Positions 12,401 through 27,400 of a stretch of DNA of 64,000 nucleotides are shown in pieces. Numbering within the stretch: position 1 is the stretch's first letter; the number at the start of each line of letters is the position of its first letter. Source of the DNA: Mobula hypostoma (taxonomy: Eukaryota); assembly GCF_963921235.1 (NCBI RefSeq), contig NC_086108.1, positions 31,746,001-31,810,000 of the forward strand. Direction: 5' to 3'. A program made the position numbers and the translations under genes. The notes beneath the pieces were generated by a model, which was not told where the DNA came from, did no database searches, and saw only the letters and a list, made by a program, of their open reading frames with translations.

Positions 12401-15400
12401 AAATTGGGACTAACTGGTCAGCAGAGACTCATTGGGCTGAATAGCCTGTATTGCTCTATGATTAAGTTAAAACAAGTATATTGTGAACACCTTCCTATAT
12501 ATGCCTTGTGACATAACCGTTACCAACTAGTTCACAAAAATCCACTCGTCTTCTCATTATTTGCTTCTGAATGCAAGCAGGAATCACAGTAATAATTAAT
12601 GCACTTGTTTGTGAACTTAGAAGAGTTTATTTGCCCTTATGTCCATATTTTCAAACAATCTCATTAGGATAATGCTGATCAGAGGTTTCAGTTATAAATG
12701 TTAAAAAAAAATCTGAAAGCAGTTCTCTTAACAGTTTCTATTGAAATCGTTTATGGTTGCTTAGTGGTAAAAGATCTACCTTTTTGGACTTTTGGGAACC
12801 AAAGGCGAATGAACATTCCTCGATCTTGGATTTTTCCAGCATCGCTGCACACAGAACAGTGCAGCCAGAGTTACACAAAGAGCCAAGGAAATTACCAGGT
12901 AGTTCTGACGGTCAGAAACCTAGGAGAAAAAGCACTAAATACCTCAGGACATGTTGGCAGGGTAAAGCTTTACATTTCAACTTTACAAAACTCAAAATTG
13001 CCATCTATTTATGGTCTAAAGAAAAAATAAAAACAAAAATATCCCAGAGAAAAACTGCACAATCCCTTTATTCTGTCGATAACACAAGTAGTTTTTTTTA
13101 ATAATATATACACAAAGTTTATTCAAATGACTAATATTTAGTACTTCATAAAACATACTATTTACAGTTTTACTTAAATATGATCATCACTAGCTACAAC
13201 ACACTCAAGTCCAAATAGTTATAGGTCACACAACATATAATTAAACAGGATTCTTTTATCAGTATAAGGGTTTTATACACAAATAGTCCAATCTGCTCAA
13301 CTGGATTTTCCCTTCAATTTACAATAAATAAATGCAAATTAATTAAGTCATAGATTGGAGAACCATCACAATTTCACAACAGGAAACACTAAAAAGGGCT
13401 TATATTAGTTACCTCACGGTCCAGCCTTTTCACTGTTTCTGTTAGATTTCCCACCAGTTCAGTGAGGTTTGCAAGCTGACCCTGGAGCAAACCAATTGTT
13501 TCAGTTTGTCGTTGGTCCTGTATTTAAGGGTAAAAAGATCAATTAGCAAACAAATAATTGTTCTCCCAAACATAACTTGCAGTAGTGGGCCAAATAAATT
13601 TGCACCCCAAATTGTGGGGTTTTTTTGGAAACTGGAAGACTTCTCTCAAGTAGGTTGATTCACCTTAAAGTTACAAAATATGAACATTTAATTTACATAT
13701 TGGTTTAATAATTCTTTCTCTCCAAGAATAATGAAAATGAAATCTTGCTTCCATTCAGCCCTCAACAGCAATACAAATGCTGAAAACCTGACTTGCTGTG
13801 TGAAATATTACTCGATGGCTCTGGGTACAAGATGTATGCAGTGGAAGTGGCTAATACAAAAAAAATTACTAAATACAATGAAAATCAACATATTCAAAGA
13901 TCTCAAAGTATTCAACAACTTGGGCGAAAGCATTGAGACTGCAATCTTTAGTCAGTGATTGGCAGCCCATAGTTGCAAAACATTCTGAAGTAACCAAACC
14001 CAGTAAAATAGTATATTTTCCTATCTTCATCAGTATATTTTATTACATTTGTACTGTACCATTTAGAGATTTTCTATTGATAATCTAATCTCTTGGTTAC
14101 TTGCAAAAGATAGCAAATAGGAAAAACAGGCAAAGAGACACAGAATTCCTCACTGTCTAAGCCTCAAGAGAAGATGTTGAAGCTAAATAGTCAGTTGATT
14201 AGATTGCCAGCTTTTTTCAAGATGCATGGGCATATACAGATAAACACTGGTCCTGCAATTCTCTGAGTCCATGTTGACCATCAATCATTCATATCAACTT
14301 AGTTACAAATAAGCTGGAACAGCAAGGAACTGTCTAAAAACAAAGCCTTCATTTAATTGTGCAATTTAAACTCTAGGATGAACAAGATGTCCTATATGAT
14401 GGAATAAAAAAAATCAGCCTACAATCCCAGAAATCTGGAAGAAAGAACATACAAAATTACAACAAGAATCCAAGAGTGCCGAAGCTGTTCCTCAGGATGG
14501 ACAATCCAGAACTAAACAGCACAGCTTCTGAGCAAGAAAGCAATTGTTTAAACCTGAAATTTCTTTACTCAAAATGAAATCCTTTACCCGATCCAGTAGG
14601 CTTGAATAAAATGAGCTGTATTTAAGATAAACTGGGGAAGTGGACTCAAGATTTAGGAACAGTCATAATTTGATTCAATATCAGTCATATTCTTCACGAA
14701 TTTTTCAAGACTGTGTGGTCTGTTTCTTTTGTTTAAATATCGTCAGATGGACTCTTTACCAAACTCAAGCCACTGATCCTGAATATCAATACACATCGAT
14801 TTTGTTGCCAAAGTGGTGGCCAACACACATGACACTTCCTTCCCCACTGTTATCCTGTAGGTACTGACAGTCTATCACCCCTGTTGGCTAATTTAGGAAA
14901 TACACTGAATGTTCATGTTCTCCAGTGTCCATCAGCTTTCCAAACCAAATGATGTTTAGAAATGCAAACGATATACCTTTTCCTCTGCTATTCTTGAAGT
15001 GTTCTGTAGTTTAATTATTGTCTTGTTAAATGCTTTCTGCATTTCTTCCATTTGTTTCCGATACCTAGAAATCAAAATATATCATTACAATGCAGAGGCA
15101 CCATTCTACAGTTTAAATGGATATCTGTTTGATATATAATACACACTTGAGGTACAATAATCTTAACAGAACAGTTAAAATACATAGACTATACAAATGT
15201 TGAACCTATGAAACTAATACACTCACAACTTGCCAGATAACCTTTTAAAAATATAATTTCACATTTAATTAGACAACACCTACAGTTTACAAATTCTACC
15301 TCACTATCTGAACTTAACCAAAGATTAGCGGTTCCAATGGCACCTACACAGTCCAATAATTAGTAGAGAATGAAGCAATTTTATTCCAATAAATATCAAC

Positions 15401-18400
15401 ATCAAGTATTGCAACTGAAGGAGGGTGAGCAGCACGAGGAAAGGAAACAAAATGAAAATCCTTTAATGCTCCAGTTTCTACTGTGAATGCAACAATAAGC
15501 AAGGTGCCAGAATGTATTATTTCCCCTTAGATTTTTCAAAATATTTTCACTAGCTAAACATTGCTCAGCAGGACAAAAGATGAGAATATAAACAAAAGGC
15601 TGAATCACAAATGTTAGTCACATTAACCCATCTCCGCCATTAGTAATAGCATAGAATTTTATAACTGGCTTTCTGGCACATCAAGGAAGGAGGATTAAAA
15701 AAAAAGGTGAAATTAGGCAGCTTGTCTGCTCATGCAATCTGTTTTCTTGAACTGGGCCTGACAGTGCAATTTCTTACAGTCAGGCAGGCTGATGACATGC
15801 ACTGCCCACATGGAACAAATATATCCAAGCATAGAAGGTATACCAATCTATAATATGCTTCACTCTCCAGTAAAACATGGTGGTGATACTTCTATAAAAA
15901 ACACAAGCTTTCAAATGAAGTTATGCAATAACTGAAATTTGATAACGCACCACATCGTGTGACAAAATAATATCAGCAGCCAATTACAGTAACTGTATAA
16001 TAGTCTGTAATTCTTGTATTAGAAAGTGGGCAACAGGAAAACTACGTAAAAAAAATTAGCATACAAAAAAATGTAAACCTTAGCTCAGTGATAACACACT
16101 CACCCCCAGAACTGATTGAGATCTAGTATAATGAAATGAGCATATGACCCAAGGCAGCATTTCATCTGTGCCAAGGACATATGATAGTTCCTCTAGCACT
16201 CTTAAACCACATTCATCCCGTGACCAACACAGATCATCTAACCCTTCTGTAGCTGATAGGAGGACTTTGACGCAAATTGGCTGCTGTATTCCCCTAAATT
16301 ATACCATTTATGGATTTGTTTTAAAACTAGTAAAAAAACACAAACTTGTTCTTGGCATAATGGCATCCGGATGGTTCCAATCCAGTTGCCAATGCTAAAT
16401 ATAACATTCTACTATCCAGTTGATTTGTTCATTTTGCGTGGCACTAAGTGGATAAAAATATAGAGGATGGCATCTTGAATGTATCCTACATGTAACCTTG
16501 AAGAGCTGCACACGTGATCTATCTAACATCTGACCAAGCAAATTGTGTACAACTTCAATACTGCCATTCAGCTGACGAGACGGAGAGCCGCGAGTTAACC
16601 TGTTCTTTAATGAGTTAAGTCTGGCGTGGCCAAATAACAATGCACTTAATTTCCTTAATCATCAGAAAACTATTGGAAAAAGAATCAAGCATGCAATCTC
16701 ACAAATTATGCATTTCAACCATCTACTCTTTAAAACACTATCTTAATGCTTATTCTAGTTTCAGCAGAACCATTTAATGCCTATTTTTTCCAACATAATG
16801 GTTCAAACAAACATGAAATCAGGGAATGGATACCAGAAATGTTTTGGATTCTACTACCCTAGGGACTTATCATCCACTATTTCTGCCTTTCATAATTTTA
16901 AACATTTCTACAAGGTCATCCCTCATTCTCCTACATTCCAAACAATAAAGACCCCAGTCCAGCCAATCTCTTCCTATAACTCAGGTCCTCTAGTCTTGGC
17001 AACATCCTCAAATTTTTCATGCACTTTCCAGTTTAACCACATCCTTCCTAGTGACCAAAACTGAACACAGTACTCTAAAATGCAGTCTCAACTACTCATA
17101 CAACTGCAGTATAACAAACCAACTCCAAAACTCAGTGCCCTGAATGATGAAGACATGTACTAAATGACTGCTCATCACCCTATCTACCTGTGATACTACT
17201 TTCAATGAACTACACACTTTTACTCCTAGAACCCTCTGTTCCATTACACTGCCCAATGCACTAAATTCATGGTACAACTCTCCCCATTCCCTTTGATGCC
17301 CTGGCTAGCCAAGAAGCTATCCACCTCTGCCTTAAATACACCCAATGACTTGGCCTCCACAGCTGCTTGTGGCAACAAATTCCACAGATTTACCACCCTC
17401 TGACTAAACTAATTTCTCTGCATCTCTGTTCTAAATGGACGTCCTTCAATCCTGAAGTCATGCCCTCTTGTCCTAGACACCCCTAGCATGGGAAATAACT
17501 TTGCCATATCTAATCTGTTCAGGCCTTTTAACATTTGGAATGTTTCTATGAGATCCCCCCTCATTCTCCAGAACTCCAGGGAAAACAGCCCAAGAGCTGC
17601 CAAATATTCCTCATACAGTAACCCTTTCATTCCTGGAATCATTCTCGTGAATCTTCTCTGAACCCTCTCTAATGTCAGTATATCCTTTCTAAAATAAGGA
17701 GCCCAAAACTGCACACAATACTCCAAGTGTGGTCTCATGGGTGACTTATAGAGCCTCAATATCACATTCCTGCTCTTATATTCTATACCTCTAGAAAAGA
17801 ATGCCAACATTGCATTTGCCTTCTTCACCTCCGACTCAACCCGGAGGTTAACCTCTAGGGTATCCTGCACAAGGCCTCCCAAGTCCCTTTGCATCTCTGC
17901 ATTTTGAATTCTCCATCCATCTAAATAATAGTCTGTCCATCTATTTCTTCCACCAAAGTGCATGACCATACACTTTCCAACACTATTTATTTGCCACTTT
18001 ACCCATTCTCCTAAACTATCCAAGTCTCTCTGCAGGCTATTTCCCCAATATTACCTGCTCCTCCACCTATCTTTGTATCATCGGCAAACTTAGCCACAAA
18101 TCCATTAATCCCATAGTCCAAATCACTGGCAAACACTGTAAAAAGCAGCGGTCCCAACACTGACCCCTGTGGAACTCCAGTGGTAACTGGCAGCCAGCCA
18201 GAATAGGATCCCTTTATTCCCACTCTGTTTTCTGCTGATCAGCCAATGCTCCACCCATGCTAGTAACTCCCCTGTAATTCCATAGGCTCTTACCTTGCTA
18301 AGCAGCCTCATTTGTGGCATTTTGTTAAAGGCCTTCTAAAATTCCAAGTACACCACATCCACTACATCTCCTTTGTCTACCCTGCTTGTAATTTCCTCAA

Positions 18401-21400
18401 ATAATTTTGCAGTAAGTTTGTCAGGCAGGATTTTCCTTTCAGTAAACCATGCCGGCTTTGGCCCATCTTCTTGGTCTTGTGTCATCCGCAAATATATTGA
18501 TCAAACCTTATGCTTTTGCATTCAAAATCCCTTTCATAAAAATAACTAATAACAAAAGTTCCATCTGACCCCGACAAGATACCACTAGTCACTGGTAACA
18601 AAAAATGCTGGAGAAACTCAGCAGGCTCGGCAGCATCTATGGAAAAGAGTACAGTCAACGTTTCTCACGAGGAATTCTGCAGATGCTGGAAATTCAAGCA
18701 ACACGAAGGGTTGACGAAGGGTCTCGGCCTGAAACGTCGACTGTACCTCTTCCTAGAGATGCTGCCTGGCCTGCTGCGTTCACCAACAACTTTGATGTGT
18801 GTTGGTTGAGTCAACATTTCTGGCCAAATTGATGGCTTTGTGGCAAAGTTTGCAGATGATACAAGATAGGTGGAGGGGATATAGTGCTGAGGAAGCAACG
18901 TGATTGCAGCAGGAATTAGACCAATTGGAAGAATAGGCAAAAAAAGTGGCAGATGGAATACAGTGTTGGGAAATTTATGATAATATATTTTGGTAAAAGG
19001 ACTGTTGTCTAAATGGGATGAAGGTTCAAACATCAGAGGTGCAGAGAGACTTAGGAGTCCTCGTGCAAAACTCCCAGAAGTTTAATTTACAGGTTGAAAC
19101 CATGATAAAGGCAGCAAATGCAATATTGGTATTTATTTCAAGAGGAATAGAACATAAAAGCAAGGAGATAATGCTGAGCCTTTATAAGACCATAGTCAGG
19201 CCGCACTTTGGGCACCATATCTCAGAAAAGATGTGTTGTCATTGGAGTGTGTTCAAGGGAGGTTCACGAGGATGATTCCGGGAATTAAGGGGTTAACGTG
19301 AGGGGCATTTGGCAGCTTTGGGCTTGTACCTGCTGGCATTTAGAAAAATGCATGGTAAACTCATTGAATGTTGAAAGGACTCGATAGGGTGGATGTGGAG
19401 AGGATATTTCCTATGGTGGGGATATCCAGAAATAGAGGGCACAGCCTCAAAATTGAGGGGTAACTTTTTAAGAACAGAGGCAAGGAGGAATTTTTTTAAA
19501 AAAGTTAAGATAGTGAAACTGTGGAATACTCTGACACAGACCGCAGCGGAGGCCAAGTCCATGGGTATATTTAAGGCAGAAATTGATCACTTCCTGATTG
19601 GTCAGGGCATCAAAGGATCTGGTGAGAATGCAGGTGTATGGTTGAGTGGGATCTGGGATCAGCCATGATGGAATGGCAGTGCAGACTCGATGGGCTGAAT
19701 GGTCTAATCCTGCTCCTATGTATTATGGACCCTTCAGCAGGACTGGGGAAATACAGATGAGTATATTTGAAAGTTGTAGGGGAGGGGAGGGGAGGGAAGG
19801 GAGAAACAAGGTGATAGATAAAACTGGGAGGGGGAGGGGTGAAGTAAAGAGCTGGGACATTGATTGGTGAAAGAGAAAGAGATACGGGGCTGAAGGGAGA
19901 ATCCAATAGGAGGGGAAAGAAGGCCATGGAAGAAAGAAAAGGGTTGGGGGAGAGCATCAGAGGGAGGTGACGGGCAGCCAAGGAGATAAAGTGAGAGGGG
20001 GAAAGGGGGTGGGGAATGATTAAGTGAGGGGAACGGGGCGCATTACAGGAAGTTCGAGAAATCGATATTCATGCCATCAGGTTTGGAAGCTACCCAGACA
20101 GAATACAAGGCGTTATTCCTCCAAACTAAATGTGGCCTCCGCGACAGTAGAGGAGGCCATGGATAGACATATCGGAATGGGAATGGGAAGTGGAATTAAA
20201 ATGGGTGGCCACTGGGAGATTCCACTTTTTCAGGAGCGTAATTGCTCGGTGAAACAGCCTTCCAATCTACATTGGGACTCACTGACACAGGGGAGGCCAC
20301 GCTGCGAGCACCGGATACAACATATGAGCCCAACAGACTCACAGGTGAAGTGTTGCCTCACCTGGAAAGACTGTTTGGGGCCCTGAATGGTAGTGAGGGA
20401 GGTGGTGTACCAGCAGATGCAGCACTTGTTTTGCTGGTAAGGATAAGTGCCAAGAAGGAGATCAAGGGGGAAGGACGAATGGACAAGTGAGTTGCGTAGG
20501 GAACGAATACTGTGGAAAGTTGGGGAGTGGGGGAAGAGGGGAAGATGTACTTGGTGGTAGGATCCTGTGGGTGATGGCAGAGGATGTGGAGAATTATGTA
20601 CTGGACGCCCAGGCTGGTGGATTTGATGGTGACCTTCATTCCAAAAAAACTAATTTTGATACACATTTATCAAGGAATTCCAGTTCTGAAAACTACAATC
20701 TATTGACAACCCAAAATTGAGGCAAAATTCCACATTTCCAATATCCTTTGGGGGGGGCGCAGGGGGTAGGGGGGGAAAAAGAGATAATATCTGAATTTCA
20801 CATCCAAATTGACTAGCTTTAATCTTGGAATTATATCTTTTTCACCTTTCTCCTCTACTCCACCAACTACTCAGAAGGAATAAGATTCTCTTATCTACTC
20901 ATTTGAATCATTCACCATTGAAAACATCAAGCTCTCAACCTCAACAGTAAAAACACATTTATGCACAGAGGAAGACAGTTGTAAGGTAGAGAACAAAAGT
21001 GATCACAATGAAGCACAACACAAAAATTAAACTTTCTTGACACAGTCATTCCCCATTAAAAAAATATTTCTTGAATATTAAAGGAAGGAACAGGACAACT
21101 TGTAGCAAATGATAAGAGCATTAACTTCCCTCAGAACACCCCTGAAGTCCATACCACACAGAAGGAATTCCAATAGTTCAGAGCTTGTTTGTGTTGTCCA
21201 TCACCTGACACTAGAAACCAAAATGATAGCACTCAGATTGCAAGTGCCAGGCAATAGATAACCTCAAGTCCAGCCTTCTTTCAATCCAAGACCCCTATAA
21301 ACAAGTTGGCAGTCACCATAAACACAATGAGAAGAGAAGAAAGACTAGTATCTGCACTAAGTGCACCTCCTGACCTCCCATCACACATACATTTTAAGAA

Positions 21401-24400
21401 TGTGTTGATCAAGATGGCTGCACTTACATCCTTAAAAGCAACTGAATAAAGGATTGCAATCACCATAAAAAATTTTTACTCCGGACTCAAAAGAACTCTC
21501 ATATTAAACTCAGTTATTTTTCAGTCAAAACCAGAAAGACTTCCAATTAAGTCACAACCTTCAGCAAACAAATGACAGCAACATACTCAATGCTGGAGGA
21601 ACTCAGCAGGCCAGGCAGCATCTATGGAAAAGAAGTACAGTCGACGTTTTGGGTTGAAACCCTTCGGCAGGACTGGAGCACAAATGGGAGCACATATCTT
21701 GCAAGTAAATGCTAATGGTCACTCCAAAAACTCAAAAGTTGAAACAGAAAATACTGGAAGCTGTCAATAAGCCAGGCAGATGAAAAGAGAAGCACTGTTA
21801 ACATGTTGGGTCAGAGATTCTTTGCTAACTTTCCACAGATGTTGTCTGACTAGCTGTGCTCCCGGTACTTTTTGCTTTAATTTCAGATTTCTAGTGTCTG
21901 CAATTTTTGATTTTCAATCCAAATCCATCCTCCCTTTGATCTTCAGCAACACCAAGGATACCACAAACTTCTTGGTAGTCACTGGACCAATACTGAACCA
22001 GTGATTTTAACAGGTAGCTTGGCTACATTTTCCTAAGCTACACAGAACAAAAACAAAAGAATGGATTTACAGTTTCAATAAAAAGCTGCAATTGTGCTTT
22101 TTGGGATAATATATACATATGATTTGAAGCAAATCAATGCATAAAACAGATCTGGATTATCATTTTCCATTGAGCAATGTTATAATGAACACTAAAGACT
22201 ATTGTACACACCGTTGACTCAGTTCTTCAAGATACCGACTACTCAGGGACATATTCATTTCTAGTGCCTTGATGCGGTTGTTGAGTCGCATGAACACAGA
22301 TTCCTTTTGGTTGGATCCATGCATCTGATTCCCATTAGTGTATCCCAGATCAGTAACATTGTGCAGTTCTGCATAGAAATCAGTAACTGTTCGATTTAGT
22401 CCATTTGAGGATGGAACAGACAACAGGATTTCCTCTGCAGCTTGGTACTCATCTTTTGTTTCTGCTGCTGATGAGACAGGCACATCTGAACCTGATGGTA
22501 ACACAGATTCTCCCATATCTGCTGCAGCCACTTTTGTACCAGTACTTTCACTCTGAATTTCAGTCACTGGATACTCATCCACACTACCAGCTGTTTGGAA
22601 GGGTTCTGTGGGCATTATTGATATTTGAATAGTACTTTTATTTTCATCCATGGACCCATTTACTGAAATACCCACATCTGGGTCATGAGCAGCATCAGTT
22701 TCTAAAGCAAGCGAAGTTTCCTGCAGTTCTTCAGCTGCTTCCATATGCATGATCTCCAGTTTAGTTTCTGTACTTTGATCCAAAATGGGTACACCAGACT
22801 CTGGATGGAGGTAGAGCTGGTCAGCCATTTTGTCAGCAGCATCAACAGAACTTTGAAGTACGGCAGTACATTTCACATCATACTTTGTATTAAGCGTACT
22901 GACTTCAGGAGAATAAGCAAGTGGAGGATGACTGGGTTCCAGTTCTGAGTCAGTCTGATTAACAAATTTCTCAGACAAGTAAGTGCTGGACTGACTTTCA
23001 CTGGAACTTTTAAACACGATTTCAGCAGGCACACTGTCCATTTCATCCTCTCTCATTTCTTTAGTTGCATTTACCAGAATCGTTCCGTCCTGTCCAGGTA
23101 GAAACTGGTAAATGTTTGAAACTGATTCAACTTTTAGTTCACTTCTAAGTGTTATACTGCGTGGCCTCTGAAGGGCTGCAATAATAGAACACCATCTATA
23201 AATATAATCCACAAAATTTGCAATGCAGGAAATCCTCGGCAGTTCACTGCAGTATATCTGAGTTTCAGCTTCATACCAACTGACTACATCATAGTCATCT
23301 TCAGGTTTGAGAAGAGTGACCGTGGACAGCCGATTCACTAATTCCTCCTCATCTTCAGGTACCAGTTGTACAATGAAATCCTTCTTTTGAAAACTCAAGT
23401 CAGAAGATTTTTGCTCTGGTTCTTCCTCAATTATAGATGTAACTGAGTCCAACCTACAAGGAGTAGAGCAAATGTCAAAAAATTTCAAATAGTTTATTAA
23501 CTGTCATTAAGTATGCAATTTATCTTCAGCACCAAGTAACAATCAAGTATCTGGAGAGCACTGCCTTATCAAGCATCATGGAATCACTATGCTAGGTAAA
23601 CTCCCTCTCCCAGTTACAAAAACTAAAATGGCTTAACCCCCCAACTTCAGTAGGATACTACAGTAGTTTGGCATCCCAGTATAACCCATGGGGAAGAAAG
23701 CACACCAATTCCTCCTCCCTCGGTAGGCTAAAGAAATTTAGTATGTCCCTTAATTTTTAATCAATGCACCATAGAAAGCATCCTATCTAGATGTATCACA
23801 TCTTGGTTTGGTAACTACTCTGCCAGGGAGAAACTGCAGAGAATTATTGATAGAACTCAACACATGACAGAAACCAATCTCTCCTCTGTGGATTATCTAT
23901 ACTTCTCACCACCTCAGTAAAACAGCCAACATAATCAAAGACCTCACCCATCAGGCAGAACTTACAAAAGCCTGAAAGCAACCACTAGGCTCAGGGACAC
24001 CTTATGATAGGATGGACTCTTGCCTAATATGATAAAGACTCCAGCTCAAGTTACTCAGTTATGATATATGGATTTTAGCAAGGCATTTGATAAGGTACCC
24101 CATGCAAGGCTTATTGAGAAAGTAAGGAGTCATGGGATCCAAGAGGACATTGCTTTGTGGATCCAGAACTGGCTTGCTCACAGAAGGCAAAGAGTGTTGT
24201 AGATGGGTCATATTCTTCATAGAGGCCAGTGACCAGTGGTGTGCCTCAGGGATCTGTTCTGGGACCCCTATTCTTTGTGATTTTTATAAATGACCTGGAT
24301 GGGTTAGTAAATTTGCTGATGACACAAAGGTTGGGGTGTTGTGGACAGTGTGGAGGGCTGTCAGAGGTTACAACGGGACATTGACAGGATGCAAAACTGG

Positions 24401-27400
24401 GCTGAGAAGTGGCAGATGGAGTTTAACCCAGATAAGTATGAGGTTGTTCATTTTAGTAGGTCAAATATGATGACAGAATATAGTATTAATGGTAAGACTC
24501 TTGGCAGTGTGGAGGATCAGAGGGATCTTGGGGTCCAAGTCCATAGGATACTCAGAGCTGCTAGCAGGTTGACTCTGTGGTTAAGAAGGCATAGAGTGCA
24601 TTGGCCTTCATCAATCGTGAGATTGAGTTTAAAAGCCGAGAGCTAATGTTGCAGCTATCTAGGACCCTGGTCAGACCCCACTTGGAGTACTGTGCTCAAT
24701 TCTGGTCACCTCACTATAGGAAGGACATGGAAACCACAGAAAGGGTGCCGAGGAGATTTACAAGGATGTTGCCTGGATTGGGGAGCATGCCTTACGAGAA
24801 TAGGTTGAGTGAACTCAGCCTTTTCTCCTTGGAGCGACGGAGGATGAGAGGTGACTTGATAGAGGTCTACAAGATAAAGAGAGGCACTGATCGTGTGGTT
24901 AGTCAGAGGCTTTTCCCCAGGGCTGAAATGGCTAGCATGAGGGCATAGTTTTAAGGTGCTTGGAAGTAGGTACAGAGGAGATGTCAAGGGTAAGTTGTTG
25001 TTGTTGTTTTTCCAAACGCAGAGAGTGGCGAGTGCGTGGAATGGGCTGCCGGCGGCGGTGGTGGAGGCGGAAACGATAGGGTCTTTTAAGAGACTCCAGG
25101 ATGGCTACATGGACCTTAGAAAAATAGAGGGCTATGGGTAAAGCCTAGGTAGTTCTAAGGTAGGGACATGCTCGGCACAGCTTTGTGGGCCGAAGGGCCT
25201 GTATTGCGCTGTATGTTTTCTAGGTTTCTATGATCTTACACCTTGTTTATCTGCACTGCATTTTTTTCTCTAGCTGTTACACATTGCTCTGCTCTGTTAT
25301 TGTTTTCCCTTGTACTACTTTCAACATACTGTCTAATGATTTGATATGTATGAACCATGTGAGAGATGCTTTTCATAGTTGTGTTTAATATGCTATCCTT
25401 AAGGTAAGAAAAGCGTAGCTTTTGTACCAGTGTTGAGGGAAAACAGGAAATATCACCTCCAAGGTTTGTCACTAAAAGTGCCAAATCGAAGAAAATTTAA
25501 TTTATTTGAATACAAAGAATATTTAATACCAGCTAAGTATTACAGGAGTAAAACAAAACTATTTTTTCTTAAATGCAAAACTTTTTTTTTTTTTGTTTTT
25601 TTTTGAGTGCGCCAGTCTTCAGAGTGGTGTTTGCTCATCAGGCTTGGGTGAAATAAATTGTGTTGCAAGTTATTCTCCCTCTCTCTCTGTACACTTGTTT
25701 GTTCATTCAACTATTAGTGCATAGTGTGGTGAGAATGGCTCCAAGGCAGTGTTTTGTACTGTGTGGTACAAGTGTGGGAGGTGTCTGTACGAGGTGCACC
25801 AAGCAGCAGCTTGACGACCTTCAACTCAAAGAATGTGGTGGTGATGATAAACCGAAGCAACAAGGAGGTGGTTACCCCCTAGGTTGCAGCAAGCAGGTAA
25901 CTAGGTGACTGTCAGGAGAAAGTGAAGTACACAGTCAGTGCTGAGTACACCTGTGCTTTGTCCCCTCAATAATAAGTATACAACTTTAGATACTATTGAG
26001 GGGGATGACCTACCAGGAGGGAGCCACTGTAACTGGGATTCTGGCACTGAGTCTGGTGCTGTGACTCAAAAAAGCAGAGGTGAAAAGGACTACAGTGTTG
26101 ATAGGAGATTCCTTAGACAGAGGAACAAAGACAACGTTCTGTAGATGTGATAAAGACATCCGGATGACATGTTGCCTCCCTGGTGCCAGGATCAAGAATG
26201 TCTTGGATCGTGCCCATAGCATTTTCAAGGGCAAGGCAGAACAGAAGTCTTCGTGCATATTGGCACCAATGACATAGGCAGACAAGGTGAGGAGATTCTG
26301 TGGAGAGATTTTAGGGAGCTAAGTAGAAAGCTGAGAAACAGGACCTCCAGGGTAGTCAGCTCTGGACTGCTATCTGTGCCACTCACCACCGAGGGCAAGA
26401 ATAGGATGATTTAGCAGGTGAATACGTGGCTGAGGAACTGGTGTAGGGTCCAGGGGTTCAGATTTATGTATCATCGGGATCGCCTCTGGGGAAGGTATGA
26501 CTTGTACAAAAGGGACAGGTTACACCTGAACCCAAGGAGGCAGAATATACTTGCAGGCAGGTTGGCTCAAGTTGCTCCAGTGGGTTTAAACTAATTTGGC
26601 AGGGGGATGAGAACTGGAGTAATAGTGCTGAAGATGAGGTAGCTGGTTTTCAGAGAGGCAATGTATAGATAGACTCCTAGCAAAGAGAGGCTGATGATGG
26701 GGCAAAATTGAAGTCAACAGGATGAGTTGCAATGTAAAAGGCGGACAAAATCAAAATAGGTGAATACAGGACTAAAGGCGTTGTATTTTAATGTGCACAG
26801 TATACAGAATAAGGTTAAACTTGTAGCGCGTTACAGATTGGCAAGTATGATGTAGGCATCAATGAATCATGGCTGAAAGATTATAGCTGGGAGCTTAATG
26901 TTCAAGGATACACGTTATATCAAAAGAATAGGCAGGAAGGTAGAGGGGATGGCGTGGCTCTGTTGGTAAAAATGAAATTAAATTATTAGAAAGAGGGTCT
27001 GAAGGTGTTGAATCGTTGTGGATACAGCCAAGGAACTGTAAGGGTAAAAAGACCCTGATGGGAGTTGTATACAGACCCCTATATATCAGTAAGGATATGG
27101 TCCACAAATTACAATGGGAGATAGAAAATGCATGCCAAAAGGGCAATGTTACAATAGTCATGGGGGATTTCAATATGCAAGTAGATTGAGAAAATCAAGT
27201 TCAAGCAGGATTCCAAGAGGTGGGATCACCAGAGTGCATACAAGATAGACTTTTCTTTTTAAAAAAAAAGACAGCTCATGGTTGAGCCCACTAGGGAATC
27301 AGCTGTTCTGGATTGGGTGCTGTGCAATGAACTGGAATTGATTAGAGAGCTTAAGATAAAGGAACCCTTGGGGCAAGTGATCCTAATATGATTGATTTAA

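Noticed and set aside
20750..20780. G-run clusters (also near 56267 and 59049) as functional G-quadruplexes
   Set aside because: Simple homopolymer expansions in or near repeats, with nothing else supporting function.
22199..23488. 429-aa ORF as a stand-alone gene
   Set aside because: It is the large internal SUCO exon plus intronic read-through. Splice sites at 23453 and 22212 fit the neighbouring exons.
6721..25232. High similarity of 6721-7515 to about 24430-25232 as a segmental duplication
   Set aside because: The similarity stops at the CR1 tail and the flanks differ. These are independent insertions of one CR1 subfamily.
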